Assembly (NCBI RefSeq): GCF_009914755.1
Contig: NC_060927.1
Origin: the human T2T-CHM13v2.0 reference genome, Homo sapiens
Strand: one strand, 5' to 3'
DNA length: 64,000 nt
Within the stretch, counting starts at the first letter, position 1. Every line of letters starts with the position of its first letter. Positions 27,578-47,685 of this stretch are shown here, in pieces. The notes beneath the pieces are model-generated. The model saw only the letters and a program-made list of their open reading frames with translations, was not told the origin of the DNA and did not search any database. The position numbers were made by a program, and so were the translations under genes.

Positions 27578-28029
27578 GTCCACCCTGGCCCACTACTCAT
27601 CTCTTCTCACCTCCTCAAAACTACATTATTTCATTACCAATGATTTCAGCCTTGGCCTCACTTCAGAATGCCTTTTAACAGAGTACTCCACAGCCCCATG
27701 TTGTCAAGAGCTTCCTATGATGGAAGATCTTACTTATACATTTGGTATCCTGCTTCTTTTTGTCCTAATACACTTGTTTGTTTGTTTGTTTGTTTTTCAT
27801 TTTAAGTTGTTTCATAAGTGGCTCCAGTTTCTTCTCAAATATGTTAGGTATAGGGGAATTTTTTTACTGGTTCAGAATTCCTTTTCTCTTAATTTTAATA
27901 TTTTTCCTTTAATTCTCACCCTTAATTATTCAATTTAAAAAAAGAAGCCTGCTTTTTTAACGGACTTTATTCTCCTTTAATTTTTTATGTTCTCCTTGAA
28001 AACCTTAAGCTTTTTACCCAGAGTGCTTA

Positions 28030-28470
28030 ATTATTCATTCACTCACTCATTCATTCATTCACTCAACAAATATATATTAACTACCAACCATAACGAATTA
28101 GGCATGGTCTTTCTAGTTTACCTGGTTTGACTGCTAAGAGCTTTAGCAGAGGTACAGAGAAAAAGCTGTTAGATGTCATAAGAGGTAGTTACCATTTCCC
28201 AATGGGGGACTGAAGCAAGGCAACATACAGGAATTTAGCATTTGGACTCAGATTGAGAGACAGGTTTTGGATTTGTGTTGTAGGTGGATTAAAAAAAAAG
28301 TTTGAACACAGTGGAAACAAAAAAGGCCAGAAGGAGGAGGTTAGCAAGAAAATGCTCTTAACTGTGAGCAAGTGGATTTTGGAATAGCCAAACATAATTG
28401 AGATGATGTAGGTCACAATGATTTTAAGAATTGAATGGGAGTGGAATAAAATTTACCCCACAATTACATA
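28030..28470 (-). mobile_element. L2 fragment
   Basis: (TTCA)n-like tail attcattcactcaacaaatat, followed by degraded L2 body. Confidence 0.5.
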
Positions 28471-30819
28471 CTTTGCTTCTTCATTGCTTGACGGTTATCA
28501 TCAAACTAACTATTCTTCAATTCCTTTGGCAAGGAGTGGAATCTGGACTCTGGCACCAGAGGGTCGATTTCCTTCCAGTTCTCCTTTCTATTTTTTTTTT
28601 GCTTTTGTTTCTTTACTTTGAACTCCTCACAGTCTTGGAAAAAAGAGGGCTTGCAGAGACTTTTTCATTTTGTTTTTATATTGCCCAAATTGTACTCACA
28701 TGGATAGAGTAGTACCATTTAATTGTTTCCCTCTAAATATGCACAGTTCCCAGAGGTATTTTAATCAGATAGCTTTATGCCCTGTTGTTTGCAGTTTCCA
28801 ACTTTTTGTTTTCTATTACTTTCTGTTTATTTAGAATGTTGCTGCCTCTTCTTTTCTTCTCTCCATTTTCTCCCTGTCTTCATTTGCTCACCACCCATCT
28901 TGGATCAACCTCTAATATGAATATTCAAAATAGTTGAGTAAGTCAAGTTCTGTCTCTGAAAATCTCTTGACTAAAAAAACAGATTAAAAAATAATATCAC
29001 TGACCCTTTTAGAGGCTGAGCTCTGTTTCAGAAAACATTAAGGAATGCCTTCAACATTTTCTCTTGTTTAGTTGCATCATTTACTTGAGTCCACTGGGAT
29101 GATTGGCATTCACGATGTGTGGGCTGGAGACCATCAAAAGGAAATGTTTTGTGTGGAAATGGAATTTACTCTGTGTGTGGCAGTTTGAATAAGTTCCCTT
29201 TCTCTTTGGCTAAAGCATCTTTACCAAGCCCAATCTAATGCATTAGTCACAGAACTTAAATAGAAAACAACAAAGCTTCCAGGCACATTGAGGATTTCTT
29301 CGTTCCTTTGTCTTTTTGATGAAGTCCCTCAGTTCTTTCATTTCCAAAATAAAGAAGCAAGCCTAGTCGACAGACAAAATTAAATGAACCTAAAGAGGCT
29401 AAGGACATTAGTTGTTTATGTGTTCATATTAGTTTCTGGAAGAACTAACTAGATAATAGATCAGTCAGGCCAGTTAAACTAATTTCTTGATTATTTCAAA
29501 TTTAAAGACTGATAATAAATGTTGGTTTGACCTTAACAGACTCTCTTATTTAAGGAGGTCACCACTTTACAGGCACTTTTAAATTCTTTATTATTTACAA
29601 ACCAGACTAATATGGCAAAAAGAAAACAGAATGTTAAGGAACACTGAAGAGGGTATGAGCAGACAAGAAATTCAAATGTGAAATAGAAACACTAAGAAGA
29701 AAGTAGTAACAATACGAAAGATCCAATTTGCAGGAATTTGATTATCTACTTGGTTCCTGGGTACTATGGTGAATGTAATATTGGCAATGATAAATAATAC
29801 CTAAAATTAAATAGCTTTATATATGTAAGATTAACAAGGAGAAATGAGTTCTCCAGGATACCCAATGTATTAGTAACTCAACCAGTTTTTTCTGGGTTTT
29901 ATCATGTCCTATTACCCAGTCTATGCTTTATTGCCATAGTATATGGCTTCTCAACATAATACTTGGCATATAATAGGGATTTAAACGTTTCTGACTGAAT
30001 GTTCCTAGTAAGTGAATTAGGTGTGTGTATCCTTTATTGGAATTTAACAAAACAACACTTTGGCCTCTCAATTTCCTGAGCTCCTCACTTCTGGTGACCT
30101 TTCTCTATTCTATCCTAGAATTTATCTTTAGCAATTACTGTGCTCACTCTAAATCTCAATTTTAAGCACTCAGTTTCACACATATCACATTCTGATGACC
30201 ACCTCCTTCTTTCCACACACTTCTTTCATGACCCTATGGCAACAGTTCTTTGACACTGCTAAGCCTGCTTTTCTGTTTATTGTTGCCCCCTCTTTCAGTA
30301 CTTTTCCCTCTTCATTTTCTCACATCCATCTCTAACTTAGATTCCATAGTAAAAGATAGTAATCACTGTCTTTCCTGTGCTTCACCTACCCTGGCTAACT
30401 CTTCTTCCATCATCTTCTTCCAGTAAAACTTGGATCTCACTTGTATTCCATTCTCAGACTGCTCCATTCTTTTGAACAGCTGGATATGGCTAGAGTAAAA
30501 TGCCACTATGTTGACGGTCTTTACCTTGATTTTGTAACCATAAGACTTAAATGTTACCTCAACACTTCCTAGAAATCTTATTACATAACCCTGGTCCATT
30601 CACTCTCCTGCTCTTCAAGACAACCATTTTATACCTTCTTTCTCACTGCCAAGCCCACCACCTTTCATTTTCACCTCACATCTTGCTTCATATATAGAAA
30701 TGATGAAAAGAGAACGTTGGTACCTTACAAATCTCCCAATCTTTTCACATCTGAATCTATTAATTGTATCCTTTTGAATGAATAAATTGCCCCTGTTCTT
30801 ATCTAAAGTCATTATTTTT

Positions 30820-32560
30820 TGTTTTCTGTCAGTTTTTTAAAAGCTCTTTTATTGAAGTATAACACATGTACAGAAAAAATACACAATTCACAAATTTACA
30901 GCTCAATAAATTTTACAAAGTGTAAACATTCATGGATCCATCATCCACATCAACATATAAAAGGGTCTTATCACAGAAACCTCCCTTATATTCCTGCCCC
31001 TTTTATAATCCCCACAAAAGTATAAAAAAATCCTAATTTCCATTGCCATAAATTTGTCTTATTTTTAAGCTTTAAGAAAAATGGAATAATACAGTGTAAA
31101 ACCTTTTATGTCTGCCTTCTTTAATTCAACATTGTATCTGTGAGACCCATCCATATTTATAGAGCACTTTGTTTCTCATTGTTTTATATTTTATATATAA
31201 AATACGTTTATATATTTTATATATAAAATACGTTTATATATTTATATTTTTATATATAAAATACGTTTCTATATTTATATATTTTATATATAAAATACGT
31301 TTCTATATTTATATATTTTATATATAAAATACGTTTCTATATTTATATATTTTATATATAAAATACGTTTCTATATTTATATATTTTATATATAAAATAC
31401 GTTTCTATATTTATTTTATATATAAAATACGTTTCTATATTTATATATTTTATATATAAAATATGTTTCTATATATATTTTATATATAAAATACATTTCT
31501 ATATTTATATATTTTATATATAAAATACGTTTATATATTTATATATTTTATATATGCTTTATATTTTATATACTTTACTGTAGATGAAATTTAGGTGACT
31601 TCCAGCTTAGAATCATTATAAATAATTTTACTTTAAATATGTTATACTTATCTTTTGGTGTATATTTGTAAGAATTTCTGTTGATACATACATAGGAGTG
31701 TGATTGCTTGGTCATGAGTTCTGCAAATGTTCTGCTTAATTGACAATGCCAAACAATTTTACAATTTAAACTCCCACTAGCAGTATATAGGAGTTCCTAT
31801 TGTCCACATCCTTACCAACACTTGGTATTGTGAGCCTTTTTCATTTTTGCCAGTCTGGTTGGAGTAGGGTGTTATATCATAATATTTTTAACTTGCATTT
31901 TTCTAATGACCAGTGAGTGAGATCAATCATGTTTTAATATGCATATTATCGTTTACATCAACTATATATATAAATTTTTCATTGTCTTGTTTTTTAATAA
32001 AATTTTTAGAGATCATTGAATATTCACATGCAGTTCTAAGAAATCATATAGTGAGATCCCTTGTAGTCTCTCTATTCTGTTCCATTAGTCTATTTTTCTA
32101 TTCTTGCAATATGACACTAAGCACACTATCTTAATTACTGTGACTTTTCAGTAACTATTGATATCTAGTAGTATACATGCTTCAACTTTGATTTTTTGCC
32201 TGCAGAAATTTCTTCCACATTCTAAGTCCTTTGTATTTCCATATAAATTTTAGAATGGGCTTGTTTATTTCTACTAAGAAATCTGCTTGAATTTCAATGG
32301 GGATTGCAATTTGTAAGGAAAATTTACACTTTAAGAGGACTGAGTCTTCTAATTGAGGAATGTGGCATATCTCTGAATATATTTAGGTCTTATTTAATTT
32401 CTTTCATCAAGATTTTCTAATTTGTAATATAGAAGTTTTCATTGCCTTCTCTCATATTTCTAGTTATTTTGGTTTTTGATGATATATATATATGTAGTAT
32501 TTAATTTTCATTTTAATTTTCTCTTGTTGACTTATAGAGATACAATTTTGTATGCCACTA
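30820..32560 (-). mobile_element. Ancient L1M-type 3' fragment(s), interrupted by a minisatellite
   Basis: tttattgaagtataacac..., ccacatccttaccaacacttggtattg, tttccatataaattttagaat. Confidence 0.7.
31186..31570. repeat. AT-rich minisatellite, 34-bp unit, ~11 copies
   Basis: Unit tataaaatacgtttctatatttatatattttata repeated, with shorter variants. Confidence 0.95.
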
Positions 32561-35257
32561 GCAAATGACCCTCACTCCCGAATACAATAATTCTCTGTAT
32601 TTCTTTTTTAATAGTTTAATGCACAGTTATCTGTGGGTTATGTTTAGTGATATTCTGGGAGACTGAATGGAATAATATACCTGTCAAGCCCACTAACTGG
32701 CCTTCTTCCTTCTTTAAGTACTTTCACTCCCAGTAGAAGTATATCCTGCTCTGTATTCACCTCCTGGATGATCATTTCATCATTTATAACTGTCTACTTT
32801 GTTATTTCTATATTAGTACCTTAAGCAAATAGCCTCCTTTATATACTAAAACTAATATAAAGCATTATGAATGCATACACTGTTACTAGTCTGGATAGAG
32901 ATCTAGTTCATTATCCATTATACATTCCACTGACAGAAGTAGAAAGAATATAGGAAGAACTGAACAGTAGGGGTCCAGGTAGGAGTCCATCCTTTCCATG
33001 CCCTAGTAGGGACACTCGACGCTCAAGGAAAATATCTCAAGATCTCCTCCTCTCTGTGCATGGTCTCTCATCCCTTGAGTGACATGATGACATATAAAAC
33101 ATTCTTAGAATTTCACTTGAGGCAGATATTACTAATTAATTAATCAAAGCAAGCATGTGAAATGGTATCAATTTGCCAAACCAGGTTCAGACATTGTGCC
33201 TCAATTCAGAAATAATAGAATTATGCAAATCTAAAAATGTGACCCTCAAAAGTGTGGAATACCTCTGCTTGAGGTAATACCGCTCCTCTCCTTCAGCTAC
33301 TCACTCAACTCTGACAAATCGTAACTCAGTTTACTCCCTATATCCCCAAGCTTTCTTTGTTAAAAGAAATTTTGAACTACTTGCTTTTGAAAGTAACTCA
33401 CATGGCATGCTCTTAGCATCATCTAGCACAAGCTTTGTTTTCTTCTGTTCAACTTCCTTTCAGAGGTGCATTTTTACAACTTCCCTCTATTGTTCTCATT
33501 GACTTTCCGGGTTTGATGCGACCTGAAAAACTCTCCTTTCTGAAATTCGTTAACCAGCTTCATCAGTTTTATAGCAAGGACTGGAAGCACCAATTTAAAA
33601 TTTAAATGGTACAATGATAACTTCAAATTAGTTTGATCAATTATTTTAGGAAATTCCAAAAACTGAAATTTCAAATATTGAAATGCAGGAACTTCCTTGC
33701 CCCTCCCTGGCTCTATAAATAATTAAAATAAAAAGTTTCCTCACAGGAAATATATAAAATATGTTTGTTTTGTTTTGCTTTAGTGGAGGAAAAGAGTGTA
33801 AATCTAGAACTAATAATTTGGGGTTTTCTTTGTTTGTTTCCACAGAAATAATCAATGATTCCACACTAATAGAAACCATTTGTCCCAACTGAAATAGGCA
33901 AAAACACGGTTCTGTTCCAATTTTACAATTTTTTTTTGTTTCTTCACACAACACCGTGGTGATGCAGTGTCTAGACTTTTTGGAACAAGGCATGGAGTCT
34001 GGAATTTATTCTGTGGGTTTGAAAATGGTTATTCAGTGCTCCTACACATTCACATGTGAAAATCTAATGATTTCATAATAGGTAAAAACCATCAAGCTGT
34101 TTACCAAATACATATATATTCATTAATGCTATAAGTTCAAGCTGCTACTTATAGCATTGGTGAATATACAAGGAAATATTGTATGGATTAATATATGTCA
34201 TCTCATTGTGCCGTGGTCCCCATTAACCCCTATATCTGAAATATGCAAAATAAAAAACTTGTGTTCATGAAATAATTATTGCAGATATTTTCTAGCTTTT
34301 GTGAGGCTCTAGTAAAAAAAAAAAAGCTTAAGAATATACATCTATTCTTGTGGTTTCAATAAGTAATCTGTGAGAATTTATCAAGTTAAAAGGGCAGAAT
34401 TGATATCACAGGTCGTTCTCTTAGTCCTCTGCCATTTATTAGCTGGATAAAATGAAAGCAGTCTCTGAGGCACCCAGATTTAACCAGTGTTTGTGCAGGC
34501 TGTATTATTAAGTCTGACTGTAGTTCATCTGTGCTCTGAAGAAAATCAAACTATGTGCTTGCAGAGAAAGTTCAGAGTTATTTGTCACCAATTACCTAAA
34601 GCTGGGAGTTGAGCTTACACATAGCTATGGCCAATTCCTGTAAATACTTGTTCCTAATTTCACAAGACTGTCACTTCCTGAGGATTTACCTTAGAAAGTG
34701 TATGTCTACCACAGAAGAACTGTAATACAAAAATGTTTACCCAGAGATAATAGTCTTAAGGGACATAAAACTCCATAGCATTGATTAGTTTAAAATAACC
34801 TGTTCTTAATTTTCAAACAAGTATTTCAAGTTCTGTTAGGTTTTCTGTGACAAAAAAAAAGCAAGCAGAAAGATTTTTTTTCATTAAAAGATACACACAC
34901 ATACAACACATTGAACTGAGCTAATCTCAATTATACTATTAAATCTCTACTGGTTATTTTAAGAAAAGAAACATAAAAGTAAGTTACCAAGTATTTAAGG
35001 TAGCTCGCCTGGAAGAAAATTAGGTTGTCTGAATATAAAGTGAAGGTTAAAAAAAATGGAAAAAACAAAAAAAAACTAAAATTATCAATCAATGGCATGT
35101 TTCTATATTTCTTACTTAAATTATTAAAGGCCATTAAAACAAGTTAATACCTATATTACATAAAAATGATCAGAAGGAAGATCTTAAGACCTTATTTACT
35201 TCAAAAATAATGAAGTAGACTGAAAAGTGTGCTGAATACTAGGTCAGAAGAACTGGG

Positions 35258-35604
<347 letters not shown>

Positions 35605-35863
35605 TTATCCTCGTTATATAAGAACCTATATTTCTCCATCTGTAAAATAGGTAAAGCATTTTGCTTGACTCAGTGTTGCTCTGAAGAGAAGTTGATTGTG
35701 AATTGCATGACAGGCAGTTCAGTTTTGGTCATGTTGACAACTTTATTGAATGTCATGAAAGAAGTAAAGATACTCTGATTCAGTTTTACTAAAACAAAAT
35801 GCAGATGGAGTTTTAAATAAGTGTCATTTGAAGAAGTTTAGCTAAGATTCACCTAAAATGCTA

Positions 35864-42219
<6,356 letters not shown>

Positions 42220-43065
42220 AATGCTTATTAACCATACTACCTAGGAACTCCAGTTTGGCAAGGAAAGTCTAAATAATGGAATAGATACTCATGTGAACTA
42301 GTGAACATTGCTGTATATGGCCACAAGTCATGTTTCTAATGACCTCTAATTCACAGAATTTCTTCTTAGAGATGTAGAGAGTGGAGTGGGGATGGACCAG
42401 AGTAGTATTCTACAGAGGGTGCCAGTGACATCCTCTTATGCAAAGGATACACATACTAACTTACTGGGCAAGTTGCAAAGTTTAGAATTACTAACTTTAG
42501 AATAGGAAATACTCAAATAGGTAAGGATTTGTCCTTTTACTAGTATATAGTAAACCTTGGAAACCCATGACCAAAGGGCAGAACATGAGCCACAAATCTA
42601 TCAATTCTGAACTTAATTAAATTCATGGTTGATAAAAATATATTCTCACTTGCTATAAATCTGCTAGATTTTTGAGATTCAATTAAAGAAACATTTTCCA
42701 GAATATATTTCTTAGAGTAGTAGTTTTAAGCAAAACTAATTAATGATACCAAAATCAAAACAAAAGTTTTAGAAATACTAGTTTATCACCTTTAATAGGC
42801 TTCTTCTGTAAAACACGATTTCTCAGTTTAATCATATGTCAATATCAAGAAGAGGATATATCAGGCAGCATTGCTGAAATACATTGGAACACAGAAAGCT
42901 TTACTCTCAGTATAGCTAGTGTTCCAAGGAATATATTGTAAAAAGGGCTAAATTAAAGGATATTTAGAACCTATATAGCAGAGGCAAATTACCTATCTGA
43001 AATGTCCAGGGAACTGTTATCTACAACATACTCTATAGAGTAATCTTGTTGAAAAGGCAGATGCT

Positions 43066-43385
43066 GGCTGGGCACAGTAGCTCACACCTGTAATCCTAGC
43101 ACTCTGGGAGGCTGAGGCAGGTGGATCACTTGAGGCCAAGAGTTCAGGACCAGCTTGGCCAATATGGCAAAACCCTGTCTCTACTAAAAATACAAAAATT
43201 AACCAGGTGTGGTGGCACACACCTGTACTCTCAGCTACTGGGGAAGCTGAGGCATGAGAATCGCTTGAACCCTGGAGGCAGAGCTTGCAGTGAGCCAAGA
43301 TCACGCCCCTGCACTCCATTCTGGGCAACAGAATGAAACCCAGTTTGAAAAGAGGAGGAAAACAACAACAACAAAGAAAAAGAAA
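43066..43385 (+). mobile_element. Alu (S/J)
   Basis: Dimeric Alu with degenerate A tail. Confidence 0.93.
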
Positions 43386-44547
43386 AGATGGACTAGTGTT
43401 CAGATGCTTTCCTTGATTCAGAATCAGCATGCCTCTTAAATACTGAATATACTAAGATACACAAAACAGTAATTTAGCTTTTTCATATTGATACATGAAC
43501 TTAGTATTTGATCTCAGCAAATTTAGTAAAATAATCAGGAGCTTTTGATTTGCCACAAAAAATCATTCCTCTAAACTTTATGAATTGAGAAAACTTGTCT
43601 TTATTTGATGATTCCAGTTTTGATGTTTTGTGTTATTGGTGAAGTTCAGAAACTCAGAAACATAGTTGATTCCATAGAAAATTCAATTCTTGAAGAGTAG
43701 AACTTTGAAGGTGCAGGATGAATATGTGTGTTATGAATATGGGTCATACTTTATGCTTATGTAACTGAACATGTAGTTTTACTGGGGCTCCCTTTCTTCA
43801 TTGCAAAAATACAACTTATCCTCAATACATAATTTATTGACTACTACAACTTAGCAAAAAATGATTTGGCTTCATTATTCATCCCGATAAGAAAAATCTG
43901 GTGAATTAAAGGTATTGGAAAGGAAATTTTAACACTGATATGAGAATGAAATGGGAGAAGGGAACAATAGAGACTTCAATATTATCTGTAATACTCCATT
44001 TTTTTATATTTAAAAAAGTGATGCAAAAATGAAAAAATGACATTTGCCAATAATGCCAATGTATCACATAACTATTACATTACTTTGCTGCTTTTTTAAA
44101 TTCAAAAAATAAATATTACTAACCATTTATATGATCATTCATTCAACAAGTACTTGTTGAGAGCCTACTATGTGATAGGTGCTAGCAATAAAAGAGAGTA
44201 AAAAAGAGACATCATCCCCAACTCTCCTGGAGTTTGTGTTTAGATGTGAAATGTGAAATGTTTGAGATCTTATTTAGAATAGAATGTGTAAAAGGACAAA
44301 GTGAGGAAATGGGGGTGAATTAACTCATATTGATAATTAAGAGGTAGGGCTACTGTGGGTACTTAATCAGCAAGCAAAGGCCTTTCAATACAGAGAGGAG
44401 CTGCCTTATTTTTAGTGAAAATTGAGCTGGGAAAAAATACACACTGGCTATGGGCCCCATAGCTAAAGCAGTCTCCTGTGGTATTTAATAATTTTCTCAC
44501 TGGTTGCAGCTCAAAGTTCACATGCATTTTTCTTTGATTCTCTCTAG

Positions 44548-44628
44548 TATATGACTGCTGCTGCTCCTATGCAAGGGACCTACATTCCTCAGTACACGCC
44601 TGTGCCTCCGACAGCTGTTTCTATTGAA
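44548..44628 (+). CDS. RBMS3: RBMS3 coding exon, 81 nt (YMTAAAPMQGTYIPQYTPVPPTAVSIE)
   Basis: Acceptor ttctctctag| and donor GAA|GTAAGT. The translation is recognisable RBMS-family C-terminal sequence. Confidence 0.96.
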
Positions 44629-44976
44629 GTAAGTCTACCCCTGTCTAATAAAGAGGTTAGAAGAAATAAATCTCAGTCACATATACTGTAGTCCCCCATA
44701 ACCATAGGAATCCTCACTTGCAATTTTTGTGCTACTCTAAAATATGACATTGTAAATTCAGTGTATGAAAGTATAAACATTTACTTGAATGTGGCTGTGT
44801 TTTGCTTTGCACATGAAATGAGCTCATCTGCTATGGAGGCACGACGGGAGTCTCTTTCATATTTAGAGAAAATTCCAGAGGCCAAATCACAACTCCATCA
44901 AATTTTAATCACAAATACTTCTTATAAAAGGAAAAAAGTTTGCAACTATGTGAATGAACTAATTCTCTAATGCCTT

Positions 44977-45489
44977 GTTCCTCAAAGAGTGGTTCCTAGA
45001 CCAGCATCATTGGTATCCCTTGAGAGCTTGTTAGAAATGCAGACTTGCTGGGCATGATGGCATGCACCTGTAATCCTTGCTACTTGAGATGCTGAGACAG
45101 GAGGATCTCTTGAGACCAGAAGTTCGAGACCAGCCTGGGTCAAACAGTCAAACAGTGAGACCCTGTCAGAAGGAAGATCAGAAGGAAGAAAAGGAAAAAA
45201 AAAGAAATGTAGACTTTTAGGTACTATCCAGACCTACTGCATCTGAATTTGCATTTTAAGATGATCACTCAGTGATCCAAATGCACATTAAAATTTGAGA
45301 GACACTGGACTAATGCACTGGTTCTCAAATTTTCTGCACATTTGAATTATTTTGAGAGCTTTAAAAATATTGATTCCTGAGTCCTATCCCCAGAGATTAT
45401 GATTTATTTGTCTGGAGTATAGACTGAACATCATATTTTTAAAAGATCTTAGATGATTCTAATACGTACCAAAGACTAGAAACCATTGC
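44977..45489. mobile_element. Two adjacent MER5-type MITEs, the first interrupted by an Alu monomer
   Basis: MER5 motifs gagagcttgttagaaatgcaga / ccagacctactg..tctgaatttgcatttta. A second copy begins cactggttctcaaa at ~45317. Confidence 0.7.
45047..45202 (+). mobile_element. Free Alu monomer (FLAM-like)
   Basis: Single arm plus A-rich tail. 14-bp TSD agaaatg(c/t)agactt at 45033-45046 / 45203-45216. Confidence 0.85.
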
Positions 45490-47487
45490 TCTAGGCCATG
45501 AACCTGCACAGGTTTACAGCTTCTTACAGACAAGAAAGAAGTTGTACAACTCTTATTGCTGTAGATATCATGAATGATGATGTCAGCTTGTCCTTAATGG
45601 AAGCTTTGCTGCTTTCATTCTCTCTTTCCATTGGGATAAATCTATGCCCTCTACACATCATTTTACTGGACAGGGCCATAAACTACATAGAAATGGAGAG
45701 GGCATAGAGCTATGCAGATGGTGGTAAAACACTTAGGTACCTATATTCTTCTTTCTGGTTCTAGCCATTACTGTTTTATTGCCCTTCTTTCCCCTCTCCT
45801 GATGCACAGGTGCATTATGGTCACCGTGCATTCCTTCTCAGCAGCTGGGAATCCCCTGCAGCTGATGTCTTTGCTACTCCATTTGTTGGCAAGCAACTAC
45901 TGTGTTGGTACCACTCCACATAAAAATTCACCAAGACTCCCAATCTCTGAGATTGAGGGAAACCTTTACGGACTAAATTGGATCTTCTAAAATGTTTCCT
46001 GGTTTTGGTGTGTGACAAATGTTTGTTCATACCAAGGTTTAGGAAATCCAGATGTTTAACAGGGCACTGATGGAAATCAAGGAGTTCCAATGTTTAAATC
46101 TTTCATGTGTTCTAGACCTATAGGTCTCAAAGAATGTGTCATCTTAAACAGTTTTAATTGTCTTTTCAGAATTGCAAGAATATATGATTAAATTTCATGT
46201 TCTTTGGTATATTTAGCTTTCAAAAAGCACCTATGCGATAAGAAAATTAAAAATCTGGACATTCTAGGCAGTTTAAGTGTAAACTTCTGCCACATATTTT
46301 CATTTCTCTGTGTACACCAAAGACAAATACTTATCTATAAAATTTGACCATTTTGATGATTATTATGAGACATTTGACAGCGTGGCTTATTGGAAACAGT
46401 CTAATTATATTTAGGGATTAAAAGAAATATTTCATTGATAAAAATATAAATATACTCTGATATATTGCCTTGAACCAGTGATTATAAGGAAAAGCATTAA
46501 TTCATTCTCTATGTGAAAACACTCATTGAACATTTATCAATATCTATAAAGGTGGGAGGTTTCAAAAAATAAATAATACCAAATAGTAAATTAGGAAAGA
46601 AAAGATTGAATAGAGAGACTTTTCAAATTCTAAAGAAGAAATTTAGGGAATTTCAGCGACAGAATTAACCAAGAACTTCTGAAATTTGACATCACTGCAG
46701 GTATCCAGGACTACAAATAAAACCAGGAAAATTTATCAGGATAGGTGCTCTTCTTAGGCCTACTAACAACCAAATAAAATCACCTATGCCTCTCTGGATT
46801 CCAAAAATATATTCCTGATTGTGACCAATTCCGGAAATCCACTCTTGCCAGCATCTGTGAGAAACAAAAAAAAAAAAAAAAAAAAAAAATAGGGTGAAGG
46901 AAAAGCAAACCAAAATTAAGGACAAGTTTTGTTGTTGTTTTCTTAAAACTTCTTGATGACTTTCAGTTCATATACCAGAAAACAAAACAAATCAAATCAA
47001 ATTACTGGAGAGAAAAATCTACTTAATAGCATCCTTTAAAAGATTTCCAAACTTTGATGTATATTTTTATTAAGGTCACTTTCCATTGTTATCCCAAATG
47101 GTATAGACATGATACAGTGAAATATGCCAGGAAAATGTTTGGACATACAAGTTTGTATAGGAATCCTGAATGAGGATAAATTGGCATTTATTGTGGATAA
47201 ATGTGCAAACCTGGTTTAAAAGTTCCAAGTATAGGCAAAATTATTTTCTGACCACTTAACTACTCCAACAACTTCTAATGGCAAGGCTTCTTGGTGTCAC
47301 ATTAGGATGAATTACTTAGCCCTTATCTAAATGTGCTCTCTGGGTTTCCTCTGAGTACTTATTGTGACTTCATGTAGCTGAGGGTATCTCTACTTAAGCC
47401 AAATAGAAGAGGGGTACTTACAGCCTATCTAGAGAGGGCCCTTCACTGAAGCAAGTAAGGCTTTTATGTTCTTATTTGCCTCCTTAG

Positions 47488-47615
47488 GGTGTTGTTGCTG
47501 ATACCTCTCCCCAGACAGTGGCACCTTCATCCCAGGACACCAGTGGTCAGCAGCAACAGATAGCAGTGGACACATCCAACGAACATGCACCTGCATATTC
47601 TTACCAACAGTCTAA
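47488..47615 (+). CDS. RBMS3: RBMS3 penultimate coding exon, 128 nt (GVVADTSPQTVAPSSQDTSGQQQQIAVDTSNEHAPAYSYQQS+AA)
   Basis: Acceptor tttgcctccttag| and donor AA|GTAAGT. In frame with the previous exon and matches the RBMS3 C-terminus. Confidence 0.96.
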
Positions 47616-47685
47616 GTAAGTCTGGGCTGTGCTAAGCTCTTTTCCTCAAGATCAGCCATCTTGACATCACTCTCTCATGTTGTAT

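Noticed and set aside
43017-43430. 137-aa minus-strand ORF
   Set aside because: Typical antisense-Alu translation.
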